41,762 bases of DNA from Chthoniobacterales bacterium (GTDB lineage Bacteria > Verrucomicrobiota > Verrucomicrobiia > Chthoniobacterales > UBA6821), in NCBI GenBank assembly GCA_044326465.1, contig JBIRBD010000001.1, forward strand, positions 1-41,762. The letters are read 5' to 3'. Of this stretch, positions 24,170-34,938 are shown in pieces. Under the pieces are notes generated by a model. That model ran no database searches, was not told the origin of the DNA, and saw only the letters and a list, made by a program, of their open reading frames with translations. The position numbers and the translations under genes are program-made. Within the stretch, counting starts at the first letter, position 1. The number at the start of each line of letters is the position of its first letter.

Positions 24170-24173
24170 ATTG

Positions 24174-27100
24174 TTACTTCCTTGGAGTTACCGTAATCGC
24201 TTCGGTAATAATGGTTGATGTTTGCTCATCCTCTTTTTTGATTTCAACTTCGATCGGTTTTGCAACCGGAATATGAGGTGTTACTTTCCAGAAATGAGGC
24301 CGGTAGAGTTGCCAGCTTGCGGAGATTTTTTTAGCAAGCGCGCTCTCCGTTTTTTCAGCATGATCTTTAATGAGTCCGCGAAGTAACACAGCATCATCAT
24401 CGGAGGTCAATCGCTCTGCCTTGATAAGTTGTGTGTTGTACCGAGAAAGAAAATCATCTCCTGGATCAAGCACATAAGCGGTTCCGCCCGTCATGCCTGC
24501 CCCAAAGTTTTTTCCGGTTGTTCCTAAAATTAAAACCGTTCCTGCAGTCATGTATTCGCAGCCATGATCACCGATGCCTTCAATAACGGCGGTGCCACCT
24601 GAATTCCGGACGCAGAAGCGTTCGCCTGCACGACCATTTGCAAAAAGTTTTCCTCCAATTGCCCCATACATTACGGTATTTCCAATGATGCTGTTCTCTT
24701 GTGCAAGAAATTGATTGCCCTTGCGTGGGCGAATAATAATTTCTCCACCGCTCATCGATTTACCAACATAATCATTTGCTTCTCCGGTGAGGATCATGCG
24801 TAGACCTGGGGCAAGAAAGGCGCCGAAGCTTTGTCCGGCAGTTCCTTCGAGGTTGAGTGTGATTGTATCCTCGGGCAATCCTTCTTCTCCATATTGGTAG
24901 GCGATCTCTCCAGAAATTTTTGTTCCAACCGAACGATTGGTGTTATCTATTTTGTAAGAAAGTGTCACCGGCTTGCTGTCGCGAAGCGCTTCTTCAGCAT
25001 CTTGTAAAATAATATCATCGAGTGGCTGATCATGTTCCGGATCATTGCGATCACGGGTTGCATAACGCACGGCGGTTGGATCTTCTGCCACAACATCGTA
25101 AATCATGCGATCTAAATTTAGCAAGTTAGCCTTGGGATGCCCTTCAATAATGCGCTGGCGAAGGTATTCCGTGCGACCAATCATTTCATCAATTGTGCGG
25201 AACCCAAGGCGAGCCATGATTTCACGAACTTCCTGCGCAACGGCATTGAAGAAATTAACAACATTGTCAGCTTTGCCTTTAAATTTTGCACGCAAGCGAT
25301 CATCCAGCGTGGCAACACCAACAGGGCAATTATTGAGATGACATTGGCGCACATAGACGCAACCCATTGCAATAAGCGCAGTCGTTCCAAAATTATATTC
25401 TTCCGCGCCGAGCAGCGTTGCATAAACAATATCTTCGCCTGTGCGCATGCCCCCATCAGTGCGTAGTGTAACGCGGTTGCGAAGCTGATTGAGCAAGAGA
25501 ACTTGATGGGTTTCGGCTACGCCGAGTTCCCATGGACCACCTGCATTTTTAATGGAGCTTAGTGGCGAAGCGCCTGTGCCACCTTCGTGCCCACTGACGA
25601 GGATAATATCGGCATGAGCCTTGACAACACCTGCAGCAATGGTTCCGATGCCAGCCTCAGCAACCAGCTTTACACAGACGCGTGCGCGAGGATTGACTTG
25701 TTTAAGGTCGTAAATAAGCTGAGCCAGATCTTCGATCGAATAAATATCGTGATGCGGCGGCGGGGAAATCAAGGTCACACCTGCTACTGCGTGTCGTAAC
25801 TTTGCAATGTAGAAATTAACTTTTTGGCCAGGGAGTTGCCCTCCTTCACCTGGCTTGGCTCCTTGTGCCATTTTGATTTCAATTTCTTTCGCGCTCGCCA
25901 AATAAGCGGCGCTGACACCAAAGCGGCCTGAAGCAACTTGCTTGATCGCACTATTAGCCCAGTCGCCATTCTCACGCCGCTTATAACGAAGAAGATCTTC
26001 GCCACCTTCGCCAGAGTTTGATTTTCCTCCAATGCGGTTCATGGCTATTGCCAAGGTTTCATGGGCTTCTGGGCTGAGTGCGCCAAGCGACATGCCTGCT
26101 GTGGTGAAGCGTCGACGAATGTCTTCAATCGATTCTACTTCACTAAGAGGCACAGGACCCGAGGGCTTTGGCACGAAGGTCAAAAGATTGCGTAGCGAAT
26201 GAGGCGTTGAAGTCAAGGCCGCATCAACATACGCCTTGTAATCTTCTGGTTTGTTACTTCGAATAAAGGTGTGGAAATTTTTGATTACCGGCGGCGTGAC
26301 GACATGTATTTCGCCTGCACGACGAAAACGGTAATATCCCGGATCGCTTAATTTAAGAGGTTCTTCGGCTGTTTTGTCACCATAAGCAAGGTGATGTCGT
26401 GTTAAACTTTCGATGGCAATTTCTTTAAATCCGATACCTTCAATTTGTGAGGAAGTGCCAGTAAAGCATTCTGCAATCAGGGAAGAAGAAAGTCCAACGG
26501 CTTCAAATGTCTGCGCGCCGCGATAACTTGAAATCACGGAAATGCCCATTTTGGACATGATTTTGAGGAGGCCGTTTGACAACGCTTTTTTATAATTAAG
26601 AAGAGCTGTGGGATAATCAACGGTGACAGTTCCTTTTTCGTGCAACTCACGGATGGTCTCGATAGCAAGATAAGGATTAATAGCACTACAGCCGTAACCA
26701 ATGAGGCAGGCCATTTGGTGGACATCGCGGGCTTCTCCGCTTTCACAAACAAGGCTGGCTTTCATTCGTTTTCCAGCACGAATTAAATGATGATGTACGG
26801 CCGCCACTGCTAAGAGCGAAGGAATTGCTAGCTGATGTTTGTTCACACCGCGATCGCTCAAAATAATGATGCGTGCACCTTGGTCGATCGCCTCTTCGGC
26901 TTGTTGACAAAGTTTTCTTACAGCAGGCTCCAATCCTCTCTCTTCATCGACTGCATTCCACAAGGAGGAGAGGGTAACGGTCAAATGAACCCCTCCAATG
27001 TTTTTTAAAATTTCTAACTCCTCATTTAATAAAATGGGTGAATCGAGCGTGATTTGTTCTGCATGTTCTGGTGTCTCAGCAAGCAGATTGCGCTTCCAGC

Positions 27101-28751
27101 CAAGTGCGGTGAAGAGCGACATGACGAGACGTTCGCGGATCGGATCAATCGGAGGATTGGTAACCTGGGCAAAGAGTTGGCTGAAGTAAGTGTAAAGTAA
27201 TCGCGGGCGCAGAGAAAGAACAGCAAGTGGTGTATCGTCTCCCATCGAACCGACAGCCTCCGCTCCATCGTTGAGCATTGGCTTAAAAATCATAGTGAGC
27301 TCTTCGCTTGTGTAGCCAAATGAAATTTGCTGCTGCGTTAATTTTGTAAGATCACATTCTCCCTCCGGAAGCTTTATCTTATCAGCCTCCAGAGGCTTGA
27401 TCTGAATAAGATATTGGTCAACCAACGCGCGATAGTTTCGTTGGATTGCAAGCGAATTTTTAATTTCATGGTCGCGTAAAAGCAGGCCTGCTTTGGTGTT
27501 GATGGCAATCATTTCACCGGGAGCAAGGCCTCCTTTTTCAATGATCCTACTCTGAGGAAGTCCGCTGACACCCATTTCGGAGCCAATCATAAAAATTCCA
27601 TCTTCGCTGATTTCGTAACGCGCAGGTCGTAATCCATTGCGATCAAGGCAAGCGCCAACAGTTATGCCATCAGTAAAAACGAGAGCAGCAGGCCCATCCC
27701 ATGGTTCAGAAATGCATGTGTGGTACTCATAAAACGCAGAAAGCTCAGAGGAAATTTCTTTGTCTGTACGCCAAGCTGGTGGGACCAGCATCGTCATTGC
27801 ATGGAGGAGTGAACGGCCTGACATGGTGAGAACTTCTAAAACATTGTCGAGGCTTGCAGAATCTGATCCTCCAGGCTGAATGATTGGTTTTAGCAAATCA
27901 ATATCAGTCCCCCAAAAGTCAGCTTTGAGCTCAGCCTCGCGGGCTATTGTCCAGTGACGATTCCCCCGCACAGTGTTGATTTCACCATTATGAGCCAGCA
28001 TGCGAAACGGATGTGCAAGGGGCCACGTTGGAAAAGTATTCGTGCTGTAGCGCTGATGGTAAACGCAGAGGGCTGTTTCAAAATCAGAATCGGAGAGGTC
28101 TGGAAAAAACTTTTCTAGTGAGGCAGAAATCATCAATCCCTTGTAAACAATCATTCGATGAGAGAAGGAAAGAATATAAAAATCTTCGATCTTATCGATG
28201 GCGGCGCGATCCTCAATTTCATTGCGAGCGAGGAAAAGTCTCCGTTCATAATCATCGTCGTTCATCTCTTGAGGGCGACCGACGAGGACCTGCTCAATTT
28301 TTGGAAGTGTTAAAAGAGCCTTCGTTCCGAGGATTTGTACGTTCACAGGAACTTCGCGCCAGCCAAAAAGAAAAAGTCCTCGTTTAGCAATCACTTCTTC
28401 GGTAATGGCCTTCGCACGAGCCTGCGCGTAGGAATTTTGTCGGGGCAAAAACATCATGCCTACACCAAGATCAGCATTGCGATAGAGTTGATGACCAAGT
28501 CGTACAATTTTCTTGCGGAAAATTTTGTAGGGAAGTTGTGTTGTGATGCCTGCGCCATCACCCGTACGCGCGTCCGCGTCGAGCGCGCCGCGATGCATGA
28601 GGTTACAAATAGAACGCAATCCAATGCGAAGAATTTCATTGGAGCGATCTCCATTAATCTGTGCCACCATGCCAACGCCACAAGCATCATGTTCATTAAC
28701 AGGATCATAAAGGCTAAAGAGACCTTGGTAGTGTGGCAGAGATTTATTCAT
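24174..28751 (-). CDS. gltB: Glutamate synthase large subunit (GltB/GlsF-type, ~1525 aa)
   Basis: It has the Ntn amidotransferase Cys (NEHDACGVG), a central domain, an FMN/Fe-S domain (HEGGTGASPLSS) and a C-terminal GXGXG beta-helix. The start is set to the ATG at 28749..28751 (MNKSLPHYQ), because the upstream 33 codons of the track ORF begin with TTG and look non-coding. No gltD is adjacent. Confidence 0.92.
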   Translation of the reverse strand: MNKSLPHYQGLFSLYDPVNEHDACGVGMVAQINGDRSNEILRIGLRSICNLMHRGALDADARTGDGAGITTQLPYKIFRKKIVRLGHQLYRNADLGVGMMFLPRQNSYAQARAKAITEEVIAKRGLFLFGWREVPVNVQILGTKALLTLPKIEQVLVGRPQEMNDDDYERRLFLARNEIEDRAAIDKIEDFYILSFSHRMIVYKGLMISASLEKFFPDLSDSDFETALCVYHQRYSTNTFPTWPLAHPFRMLAHNGEINTVRGNRHWTIAREAELKADFWGTDIDLLKPIIQPGGSDSASLDNVLEVLTMSGRSLLHAMTMLVPPAWRTDKEISSELSAFYEYHTCISEPWDGPAALVFTDGITVGACLDRNGLRPARYEISEDGIFMIGSEMGVSGLPQSRIIEKGGLAPGEMIAINTKAGLLLRDHEIKNSLAIQRNYRALVDQYLIQIKPLEADKIKLPEGECDLTKLTQQQISFGYTSEELTMIFKPMLNDGAEAVGSMGDDTPLAVLSLRPRLLYTYFSQLFAQVTNPPIDPIRERLVMSLFTALGWKRNLLAETPEHAEQITLDSPILLNEELEILKNIGGVHLTVTLSSLWNAVDEERGLEPAVRKLCQQAEEAIDQGARIIILSDRGVNKHQLAIPSLLAVAAVHHHLIRAGKRMKASLVCESGEARDVHQMACLIGYGCSAINPYLAIETIRELHEKGTVTVDYPTALLNYKKALSNGLLKIMSKMGISVISSYRGAQTFEAVGLSSSLIAECFTGTSSQIEGIGFKEIAIESLTRHHLAYGDKTAEEPLKLSDPGYYRFRRAGEIHVVTPPVIKNFHTFIRSNKPEDYKAYVDAALTSTPHSLRNLLTFVPKPSGPVPLSEVESIEDIRRRFTTAGMSLGALSPEAHETLAIAMNRIGGKSNSGEGGEDLLRYKRRENGDWANSAIKQVASGRFGVSAAYLASAKEIEIKMAQGAKPGEGGQLPGQKVNFYIAKLRHAVAGVTLISPPPHHDIYSIEDLAQLIYDLKQVNPRARVCVKLVAEAGIGTIAAGVVKAHADIILVSGHEGGTGASPLSSIKNAGGPWELGVAETHQVLLLNQLRNRVTLRTDGGMRTGEDIVYATLLGAEEYNFGTTALIAMGCVYVRQCHLNNCPVGVATLDDRLRAKFKGKADNVVNFFNAVAQEVREIMARLGFRTIDEMIGRTEYLRQRIIEGHPKANLLNLDRMIYDVVAEDPTAVRYATRDRNDPEHDQPLDDIILQDAEEALRDSKPVTLSYKIDNTNRSVGTKISGEIAYQYGEEGLPEDTITLNLEGTAGQSFGAFLAPGLRMILTGEANDYVGKSMSGGEIIIRPRKGNQFLAQENSIIGNTVMYGAIGGKLFANGRAGERFCVRNSGGTAVIEGIGDHGCEYMTAGTVLILGTTGKNFGAGMTGGTAYVLDPGDDFLSRYNTQLIKAERLTSDDDAVLLRGLIKDHAEKTESALAKKISASWQLYRPHFWKVTPHIPVAKPIEVEIKKEDEQTSTIITEAITVTPRK

Positions 28752-28948
28752 AAAAAACGAGACTATAGCCAAAAGCCGAAGAATTAGGACAAAAAGATGC
28801 CAAATTTTGAGATTGCAAAGAACCTTATGCTCTTGTTTGCAAGGCATCAAGCTTGGGTGAAGTTTTCTCGTAGCGTGAGAGCCTTCCTGGGTTCTCTCAG
28901 TTTATGATTGATCCCACTTCCTTCATCATCGCATACTGTCTTGCTGCT

Positions 28949-29120
28949 TTAAGCTGAAAACGGCAATGGATCGTGGTAAGTTAACGCAATATGCTCAGGC
29001 TCAAAATAAATATTTAACCGGTTTACCTACCCATTGGGTATGCTTCACCGTTTTAAAAATTATTTTTAGACTAAGCCTTTAAGTTAATTTTATCACTCCC
29101 ATCACCCTTTTTAGGTTTAA
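28949..29120 (+). repeat. Family A palindromic element, copy A2 (172 bp, diverged)
   Basis: ttaagctgaaaacggcaatggatcgtggtaagttaacgcaatatgctcagg ... cactcccatcaccctttttaggtttaa is collinear with A1. Substitutions in the left arm are mirrored in the right arm. Confidence 0.8.
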
Positions 29121-29153
29121 AAATAAAATTTCTTCCCCTTTTCTTTAGCCTTC

Positions 29154-31769
29154 ATGTACCACCAAAACGAAAAAGTAGAGCTCATCGATGTTTCTGAGGA
29201 AATGTCGCGGTCCTTCCTCGACTACTCCATGTCGGTTATTATTTCGCGGGCACTTCCTGATGCGCGCGATGGTCTCAAACCCTCCCAACGACGTATTCTC
29301 TACGCCATGCATGAGCTCGGTGTCATGCCGACACGCAAACATCTTAAATGCGCAAAAATCGTCGGTGAGACGATGGGTAATTATCATCCTCACGGCGATC
29401 AAGCAATTTATCCAACGCTTGTTCACATGGCACAGCGTTGGGCGATGCGTGAGACATTGATCGAAGGTCAAGGAAATTTCGGTTCTGTAGAAGGTGATCC
29501 TCCAGCCTCAATGCGTTATACGGAAGCTCGTCTGAGGCCGCTTGGCGCGTTGCTCATGGAAGACATGGAACATGACACAGTGAACTTTGTTCCAAACTAT
29601 GATGATACACGAGAAGAGCCAACCGTCTTTCCTGCGGCATTCCCAAATCTTCTTGTTAATGGTGGTACTGGTATTGCTGTTGGTATGGCAACAAACATGC
29701 CGCCTCATAATTTGAGTGAAGCGATCGATGCAATTTGTGCGCAAATTGATCAGCCCGAAATCACGCTCGATGAGATCATGCACTTTATGAAAGGGCCTGA
29801 CTTTCCAACGGGTTGTCAACTCTGTGGCGTCACTGGTATTCGTCAATATTTTGAGACGGGACGCGGTTCAGTGAAGGTTCGTGGTCGTGCTGGTATTGAA
29901 GAAATCAAAGGCGGTCGTGAGCAAATCGTCATCACCGAAATTCCGTACAACGTCAATCGCGCAACACTAGTTGAAAAAATTGCAGGACTTGTTAACGAAA
30001 AAACAATTCCAGAAATCAGCGCGATTCGCGATGAATCGGATGAAAATACGCGCGTCGTTGTGGAACTGAAACGGGATGCGATTCCAAAAGTCGTCATCAA
30101 TAATCTTTACAAGTATACCGCGCTGGAATCCTCCTTTTCAGTAACAATGCTGGCGATTGATCGTGGTCGTCCAAAACTTCTCTCGCTCAAAGAAGCAATT
30201 GCATGCTTCATTGAACATCGTCGTGAAGTAATCTTGCGCCGCACCCGTTTTCTTTTGAATCAGGCAGAAGCGCGGGCCGAGAAACTCGAAGGTTATCTCA
30301 TTGCACTGGCTAACATCGATCAATTCATTAAGATCATTCGTGATTCCGTCAACCGCGAGGAAGCAAAAGTAAAATTACTTGCGTTTGAATTTACGAAAAA
30401 ACAAGTCGAGCATTTTGGAATTTTTCTGCGTCATGCAGAGCGTTTGACCGACGGCAGCTACTTGATGAGTGAGGCGCAAGTCGATGCAATTTTAGAACTA
30501 CGCCTCTATCAATTAACCGGTCTCGAGCGTGATAAAATCATCGCGGAATATACGGAGTTGTTAAAAGTTATTGCCGACCTCATCGATATTTTAAATAGTG
30601 AGGAGCGGGTGCTTAGCCTGATGAAATCAGAGCTTTTGGCAATCAAAGCAAAACATGGTCGTCCACGGTTAACCGAAATTATTTCTCAGGAAGGAGAAAT
30701 TTCTATTGAAGATCTTATTGCTAATGAAGGCTCGATCATTACTATCACGCATAAGGGATTTATTAAACGGACGGCCGTAAGCTCCTATCGCGCGCAGAGG
30801 CGCGGTGGCAAAGGCGTAATTGGCATGACAACGCGCGAGGCTTCTAGTGAAACAGATGAAGATGATTTTGTAGAACATCTTTTCACCGTGAGTACCCACG
30901 ACTATTTAGTGTTCTTTACCAAGAGTGGGCGCTGTTACGTTGAGCGTGTTTATGAAATTCCAGAAATGAGCCGTACCTCAAAAGGCCGCTCCATAGCCAA
31001 TATCCTTAATCTACAGCCAGGTGAGAAAATTGCAGCGACATTGCGCATTCAATCCAAAAACAGCGGTGGCGTTGGTGCTGTCGATACGACGTGGGATCCG
31101 AATTTTCACATCTTCTTTGCAACTCGTAGCGGTATTGTTAAAAAATCGAACCTTGGTGATTTTGCAAACATTCGCAAAGGAGGGATCATTGCCATTCAAA
31201 TTGAAGAAGGAGATGAGCTCATTAACGCTGTCCTCACTAACGGTCACGATGAAGTGGTGCTCGTCACCAAAGAAGGGCAAAGCATTCGTTTTAGTGAAGA
31301 AGAATTGCGCGATCAAGGACGCAACACCGTTGGAGTCTGGGGTATCCGTCCTGCAAAAGGAGATACGCTTGTCGCTATAGCCATCGTTTCCAATGATGCC
31401 ATGTTGCTTGTTGCCGGCGAAAATGGTATCGGCAAGCGGACAGTATTTGATGATTATCGGACGCAATCACGGGGAGGCAAAGGAATTATCACCATGAAGA
31501 CTGGTGATAAAACAGGTCTTGTCGTTGGTGCCTTGGCGGTTACTAATCATGACGAACTGATGCTAATTACAACCGGCGGCCAAATGGTCCGAACGCGTGT
31601 TGCCGAAATTCGCGAAACAGGCCGTAATACCATGGGCGTAAAATTAATTAATCTTCACGCTAGTGAAAAACTTCAGGCAATTGCTAGGGTTGTAAGTGAA
31701 ATAGAAGATAGGAAATCGGAGATAGAAGATAAGAGATCGGAGATAGAAGATAGGAGTATTGCTTCGTAA
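29154..31769 (+). CDS. gyrA: DNA gyrase subunit A
   Basis: [45 protein letters not shown], the active-site RYTEARL and C-terminal beta-pinwheel repeats are present. The last 21 codons are a 3 x 21-bp repeat ([21 protein letters not shown]). Confidence 0.96.
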   Translation: MYHQNEKVELIDVSEEMSRSFLDYSMSVIISRALPDARDGLKPSQRRILYAMHELGVMPTRKHLKCAKIVGETMGNYHPHGDQAIYPTLVHMAQRWAMRETLIEGQGNFGSVEGDPPASMRYTEARLRPLGALLMEDMEHDTVNFVPNYDDTREEPTVFPAAFPNLLVNGGTGIAVGMATNMPPHNLSEAIDAICAQIDQPEITLDEIMHFMKGPDFPTGCQLCGVTGIRQYFETGRGSVKVRGRAGIEEIKGGREQIVITEIPYNVNRATLVEKIAGLVNEKTIPEISAIRDESDENTRVVVELKRDAIPKVVINNLYKYTALESSFSVTMLAIDRGRPKLLSLKEAIACFIEHRREVILRRTRFLLNQAEARAEKLEGYLIALANIDQFIKIIRDSVNREEAKVKLLAFEFTKKQVEHFGIFLRHAERLTDGSYLMSEAQVDAILELRLYQLTGLERDKIIAEYTELLKVIADLIDILNSEERVLSLMKSELLAIKAKHGRPRLTEIISQEGEISIEDLIANEGSIITITHKGFIKRTAVSSYRAQRRGGKGVIGMTTREASSETDEDDFVEHLFTVSTHDYLVFFTKSGRCYVERVYEIPEMSRTSKGRSIANILNLQPGEKIAATLRIQSKNSGGVGAVDTTWDPNFHIFFATRSGIVKKSNLGDFANIRKGGIIAIQIEEGDELINAVLTNGHDEVVLVTKEGQSIRFSEEELRDQGRNTVGVWGIRPAKGDTLVAIAIVSNDAMLLVAGENGIGKRTVFDDYRTQSRGGKGIITMKTGDKTGLVVGALAVTNHDELMLITTGGQMVRTRVAEIRETGRNTMGVKLINLHASEKLQAIARVVSEIEDRKSEIEDKRSEIEDRSIAS
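31698..31760 (+). repeat. 3 x 21-bp tandem repeat (heptamer-based, G/A-rich) forming the gyrA C-terminal tail
   Basis: The three units are gaaatagaagataggaaatcg, gagatagaagataagagatcg and gagatagaagataggagtatt. Each is 3 x 7 nt, so the array stays in frame. Confidence 0.85.
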
Positions 31770-31898
31770 GACGATTACAATCTCATCATTTATCAACAAT
31801 CTGTTGCTTTATCATTTATCCTAATTTTTATTTGTGATGAGTATACATCAGTCGCATTTGATTTTTAGGTTTTGTTAGTATTAGATTTCGTAAAAAAA

Positions 31899-31923
31899 CT
31901 CCTATCTTCCATCTTCTATCTCC
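31899..31923 (+). repeat. C/T-rich array complementary to the gyrA tail repeat, 6 nt upstream of the secA ATG
   Basis: The reverse complement of ctcctatcttccatcttctatctcc is ggagatagaagatggaagataggag. It gives 13 contiguous bp plus 9 bp of complementarity to 31739..31756. 31891..31929 contains no G. Confidence 0.8.
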
Positions 31924-31929
31924 TAATTA

Positions 31930-34900
31930 ATGTTCAACTGGATCACAAAAAAAATTATTGGTTCTAAAAACCAACGCGAAATTCGGCGCATGGTGCCGAT
32001 AGTGAAGCGTATTAATGAAATAGAATTGGGTTTTCAAACATTGCCTGAGGAAGCCTTGCGCGAAAAGACGGCATTCTGGAAACAGCAACTCGCAGGCATC
32101 ACCGATCATGAGGAACTTGAGCGACAACTTGAGGCTTTGTTACCAGAGGCTTTTGCTCTTGTAAAAAATGGAGCTCGTCGTTTGTGTGGAAAGAAATTTT
32201 TAGTTTGTGATCAAGAAATGACTTGGAACATGGTGCACTTTGATGTGCAGCTTGTTGGAGGCATTGTACTTCATCATGGGCGTATTGCCGAAATGGCCAC
32301 TGGTGAGGGAAAAACCTTGGTTGCGACGCTTCCTATTTATCTGAATGCACTCGCCGGTCGTGGTGTTCATCTTGTCACCGTTAATGACTATCTCGCTAGA
32401 CGTGATGCAGAATGTATGGGGCAGCTCTATGCATTTCTTGGACTCACCGTTGGTATCATCCAGCATGATCAGTCACCTGAAGAACGTCGCGCACAATATG
32501 AATGCGATATTACGTATGGCACGAACAGTGAATTTGGATTCGATTATCTTCGTGATAACGGCATGGCCACAAGCCGTGGTCAGCAAGTGCAGCGTGGGCA
32601 TTATTTTGCCATCGTTGATGAGGTCGATTCTATTTTAATTGATGAAGCGCGTACTCCTCTTATCATTAGTGGGCCTGCAACAATTTCAACGCACCAGTAT
32701 GATCGCTTCAAACCGCTCGTTGCACAGCTCGTACGCAATCAGTCGATGTTTTGCACGCGGTTGATCAATGAGGCGAAGGAGCTTCGAGAAAAAGGAGGGA
32801 AGGAAAAAGTCGGCTTGCTCTTATTTAAAGTAAAACTCGGCCAGCCTAGGAATAAAGGACTTCTTCGGGTGATGGAAGATCATGAGATGCGTAAGCTCAT
32901 CGATAAAGCGGAGCTCTCTTTTTACCAAGATAGTTCCAAAGATGCGTTAGTGAAACTTAAAGAGGAATTATTTTTTACGATCGAGGAGCGACAGCATGAC
33001 GCTGATCTCACGGAGCTCGGGCGTAATTTTTTGAATCCTGAGGATCCGAATGCGTTTGTTTTGCCCGATCTCTTAACGGAATTTGCCGACATTGAAAATG
33101 ATGTCACGCTGAGTCCTTCAGAAAAAGAGATGCAGAAGCAGGCGCGTCAACAACATTGTGATACGCAAGCAGAGAGGATCCACAATATTACGCAGCTGCT
33201 CAAGGCCTACTGCCTTTATGAAAAGGATGTTGAATATGTCGTCGAAGAAAACAAGGTGATCATTGTTGATACTTTCACCGGACGTAAGATGGCAGGTCGT
33301 CGATGGAGCGATGGACTTCACCAAGCCGTCGAGGCGAAAGAGGGGGTGCAGATTGACCGCGAGACCCAGACGCTGGCAACGATTACCATTCAAAATTATT
33401 TTCGGCTTTACGAAAAACTTGCAGGAATGACGGGAACTGCGGAGACCGAAGCCAATGAGTTTCACGATATTTATAACCTCGATGTAACGGTGATACCAAC
33501 GAATAAGCCTGTTTGTAGGGTTGATCAAAACGATCGCATTTATAAAACACGACGTGAAAAATATGCGGCAGTCATTGAGGAGATAAAAATTTCTCATGGT
33601 AGAGGGCAACCTGTACTTGTTGGAACAGCGAGTGTAGAGGCTTCTGAGCTCGTGAGTCGCATGCTCAAGCGAGAAAAAATTCCGCATGCAGTTCTGAATG
33701 CAAAATTTCATAAGCAAGAGGCCGAGATCATCGCGCGCGCAGGTTGGCGTGGAGGGGTCACTATTTCTACGAACATGGCAGGTCGTGGTACCGATATTAA
33801 ATTGGGTGAGGGGGTCGCTGACCTGGGTGGCCTTTTTGTACTTGGCACCGAGCGTCACGAGTCACGGCGCATTGACCGGCAGCTCCGAGGGCGTTGTGCG
33901 CGTCAAGGTGATCCAGGACTTTCTCGTTTTTATATTAGTTTTGAAGATGATCTCATGCGAAATTTTGGTGCAAGCGATCGTATGACAAAAATCATGGAGA
34001 CCTTTGGTATCAAGGAGGGAGAAGAGCTTGAACATCCATGGCTCAATCGTAGCGTAGAGACAGCACAGAAGAGGGTTGAGCAGCGGAACTATTTAGCGCG
34101 TCGTCGCACATTGGAATATGACGATGTCATGAATCAACAACGGGAGATTGTTTATAGTTATCGCAATGAAGTAATGGATTCAGAGGCCCCACGGCAAATG
34201 ATTCACGAAGTTATTGCGGAAGTGGTTCCTAAAAAAGTGAGCGCCTTTTTAGAAGTGCAAAATGACGAGCAGCCTGATGTTTTGGGGCTTTTGCAATGGA
34301 TCAACAATACGTTTCCACTTGGGCTTACCGCGGAGAAAGCCAATTTTTCAGAGCGTAGTGTTGAGGAGAATAGTCAGTTTTTAACGGAGATATTAGTTGC
34401 TGCCTATGACAAAAAAACAGGATTCGAAGATAATGCTGCTCGGAGTGGCTTGGAACGTTATGTGATTTTGAATGCTATTGATCGACTTTGGCAGGAGCAT
34501 CTCTACGCAATGGATGGCTTGCGTGATGCTGTTAACCTCCGTGCTTACGGGCAGAAAGATCCTCTTACCGAATATAAAACAGAGGCTTACACGATGTTTG
34601 TCGACTTGATGCAAAACATCAAAGATGAAGTTCTTAATAATCTTTTTCGAAGTGTGAGCACGTTGCAGTCTTTTGAAACGCTATTGGCCACGTTACCCCA
34701 TAAGCTCACAGGGCCTGAACTTTTATTGCAGCAATCATCACCTTCTGGAGGATATCCAGAAAATTCTGCGCAAGATAGCAATGCTGCCGAACAGCAAAAA
34801 GCTGATCAAGAATTTGCAAAAGCCTTTACAATTCAACGCGAAGTTCCGAAAATCGGTCGCAATGATTTATGTCCTTGCGGCAGTGAAAAGAAGTTTAAGA

Positions 34901-34938
34901 GTTGTTGTGGAAAAACTATCTCTTTTCATCCTCATTAA
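31930..34938 (+). CDS. secA: Preprotein translocase ATPase SecA
   Basis: MATGEGKTLVATLP (Walker A), DEVDSILIDEARTPLIISG, TNMAGRGTDIKLG and the C-terminal zinc motif CPCGSEKKFKSCCG are present. Confidence 0.96.
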   Translation: MFNWITKKIIGSKNQREIRRMVPIVKRINEIELGFQTLPEEALREKTAFWKQQLAGITDHEELERQLEALLPEAFALVKNGARRLCGKKFLVCDQEMTWNMVHFDVQLVGGIVLHHGRIAEMATGEGKTLVATLPIYLNALAGRGVHLVTVNDYLARRDAECMGQLYAFLGLTVGIIQHDQSPEERRAQYECDITYGTNSEFGFDYLRDNGMATSRGQQVQRGHYFAIVDEVDSILIDEARTPLIISGPATISTHQYDRFKPLVAQLVRNQSMFCTRLINEAKELREKGGKEKVGLLLFKVKLGQPRNKGLLRVMEDHEMRKLIDKAELSFYQDSSKDALVKLKEELFFTIEERQHDADLTELGRNFLNPEDPNAFVLPDLLTEFADIENDVTLSPSEKEMQKQARQQHCDTQAERIHNITQLLKAYCLYEKDVEYVVEENKVIIVDTFTGRKMAGRRWSDGLHQAVEAKEGVQIDRETQTLATITIQNYFRLYEKLAGMTGTAETEANEFHDIYNLDVTVIPTNKPVCRVDQNDRIYKTRREKYAAVIEEIKISHGRGQPVLVGTASVEASELVSRMLKREKIPHAVLNAKFHKQEAEIIARAGWRGGVTISTNMAGRGTDIKLGEGVADLGGLFVLGTERHESRRIDRQLRGRCARQGDPGLSRFYISFEDDLMRNFGASDRMTKIMETFGIKEGEELEHPWLNRSVETAQKRVEQRNYLARRRTLEYDDVMNQQREIVYSYRNEVMDSEAPRQMIHEVIAEVVPKKVSAFLEVQNDEQPDVLGLLQWINNTFPLGLTAEKANFSERSVEENSQFLTEILVAAYDKKTGFEDNAARSGLERYVILNAIDRLWQEHLYAMDGLRDAVNLRAYGQKDPLTEYKTEAYTMFVDLMQNIKDEVLNNLFRSVSTLQSFETLLATLPHKLTGPELLLQQSSPSGGYPENSAQDSNAAEQQKADQEFAKAFTIQREVPKIGRNDLCPCGSEKKFKSCCGKTISFHPH

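Noticed and set aside
24174-28751. The idea that gltB is a ferredoxin-dependent GOGAT because no gltD follows it
   Set aside because: Absence of an adjacent small-subunit gene in a 42-kb window is weak evidence, because gltD can be encoded elsewhere. I cannot verify the Fd-GOGAT-specific insertion by eye.
31858-31886. Candidate secA promoter TTGATT-17-TTAGAT in the gyrA/secA core
   Set aside because: The -10 hexamer matches the consensus poorly (3/6) and alternative registers are no better. I did not list it as a feature.
33118-33858. 246-aa minus-strand ORF inside secA, and similar antisense ORFs inside gltB, gyrA, aspS and secDF
   Set aside because: They are completely nested antisense to highly conserved genes and carry no domain signatures.
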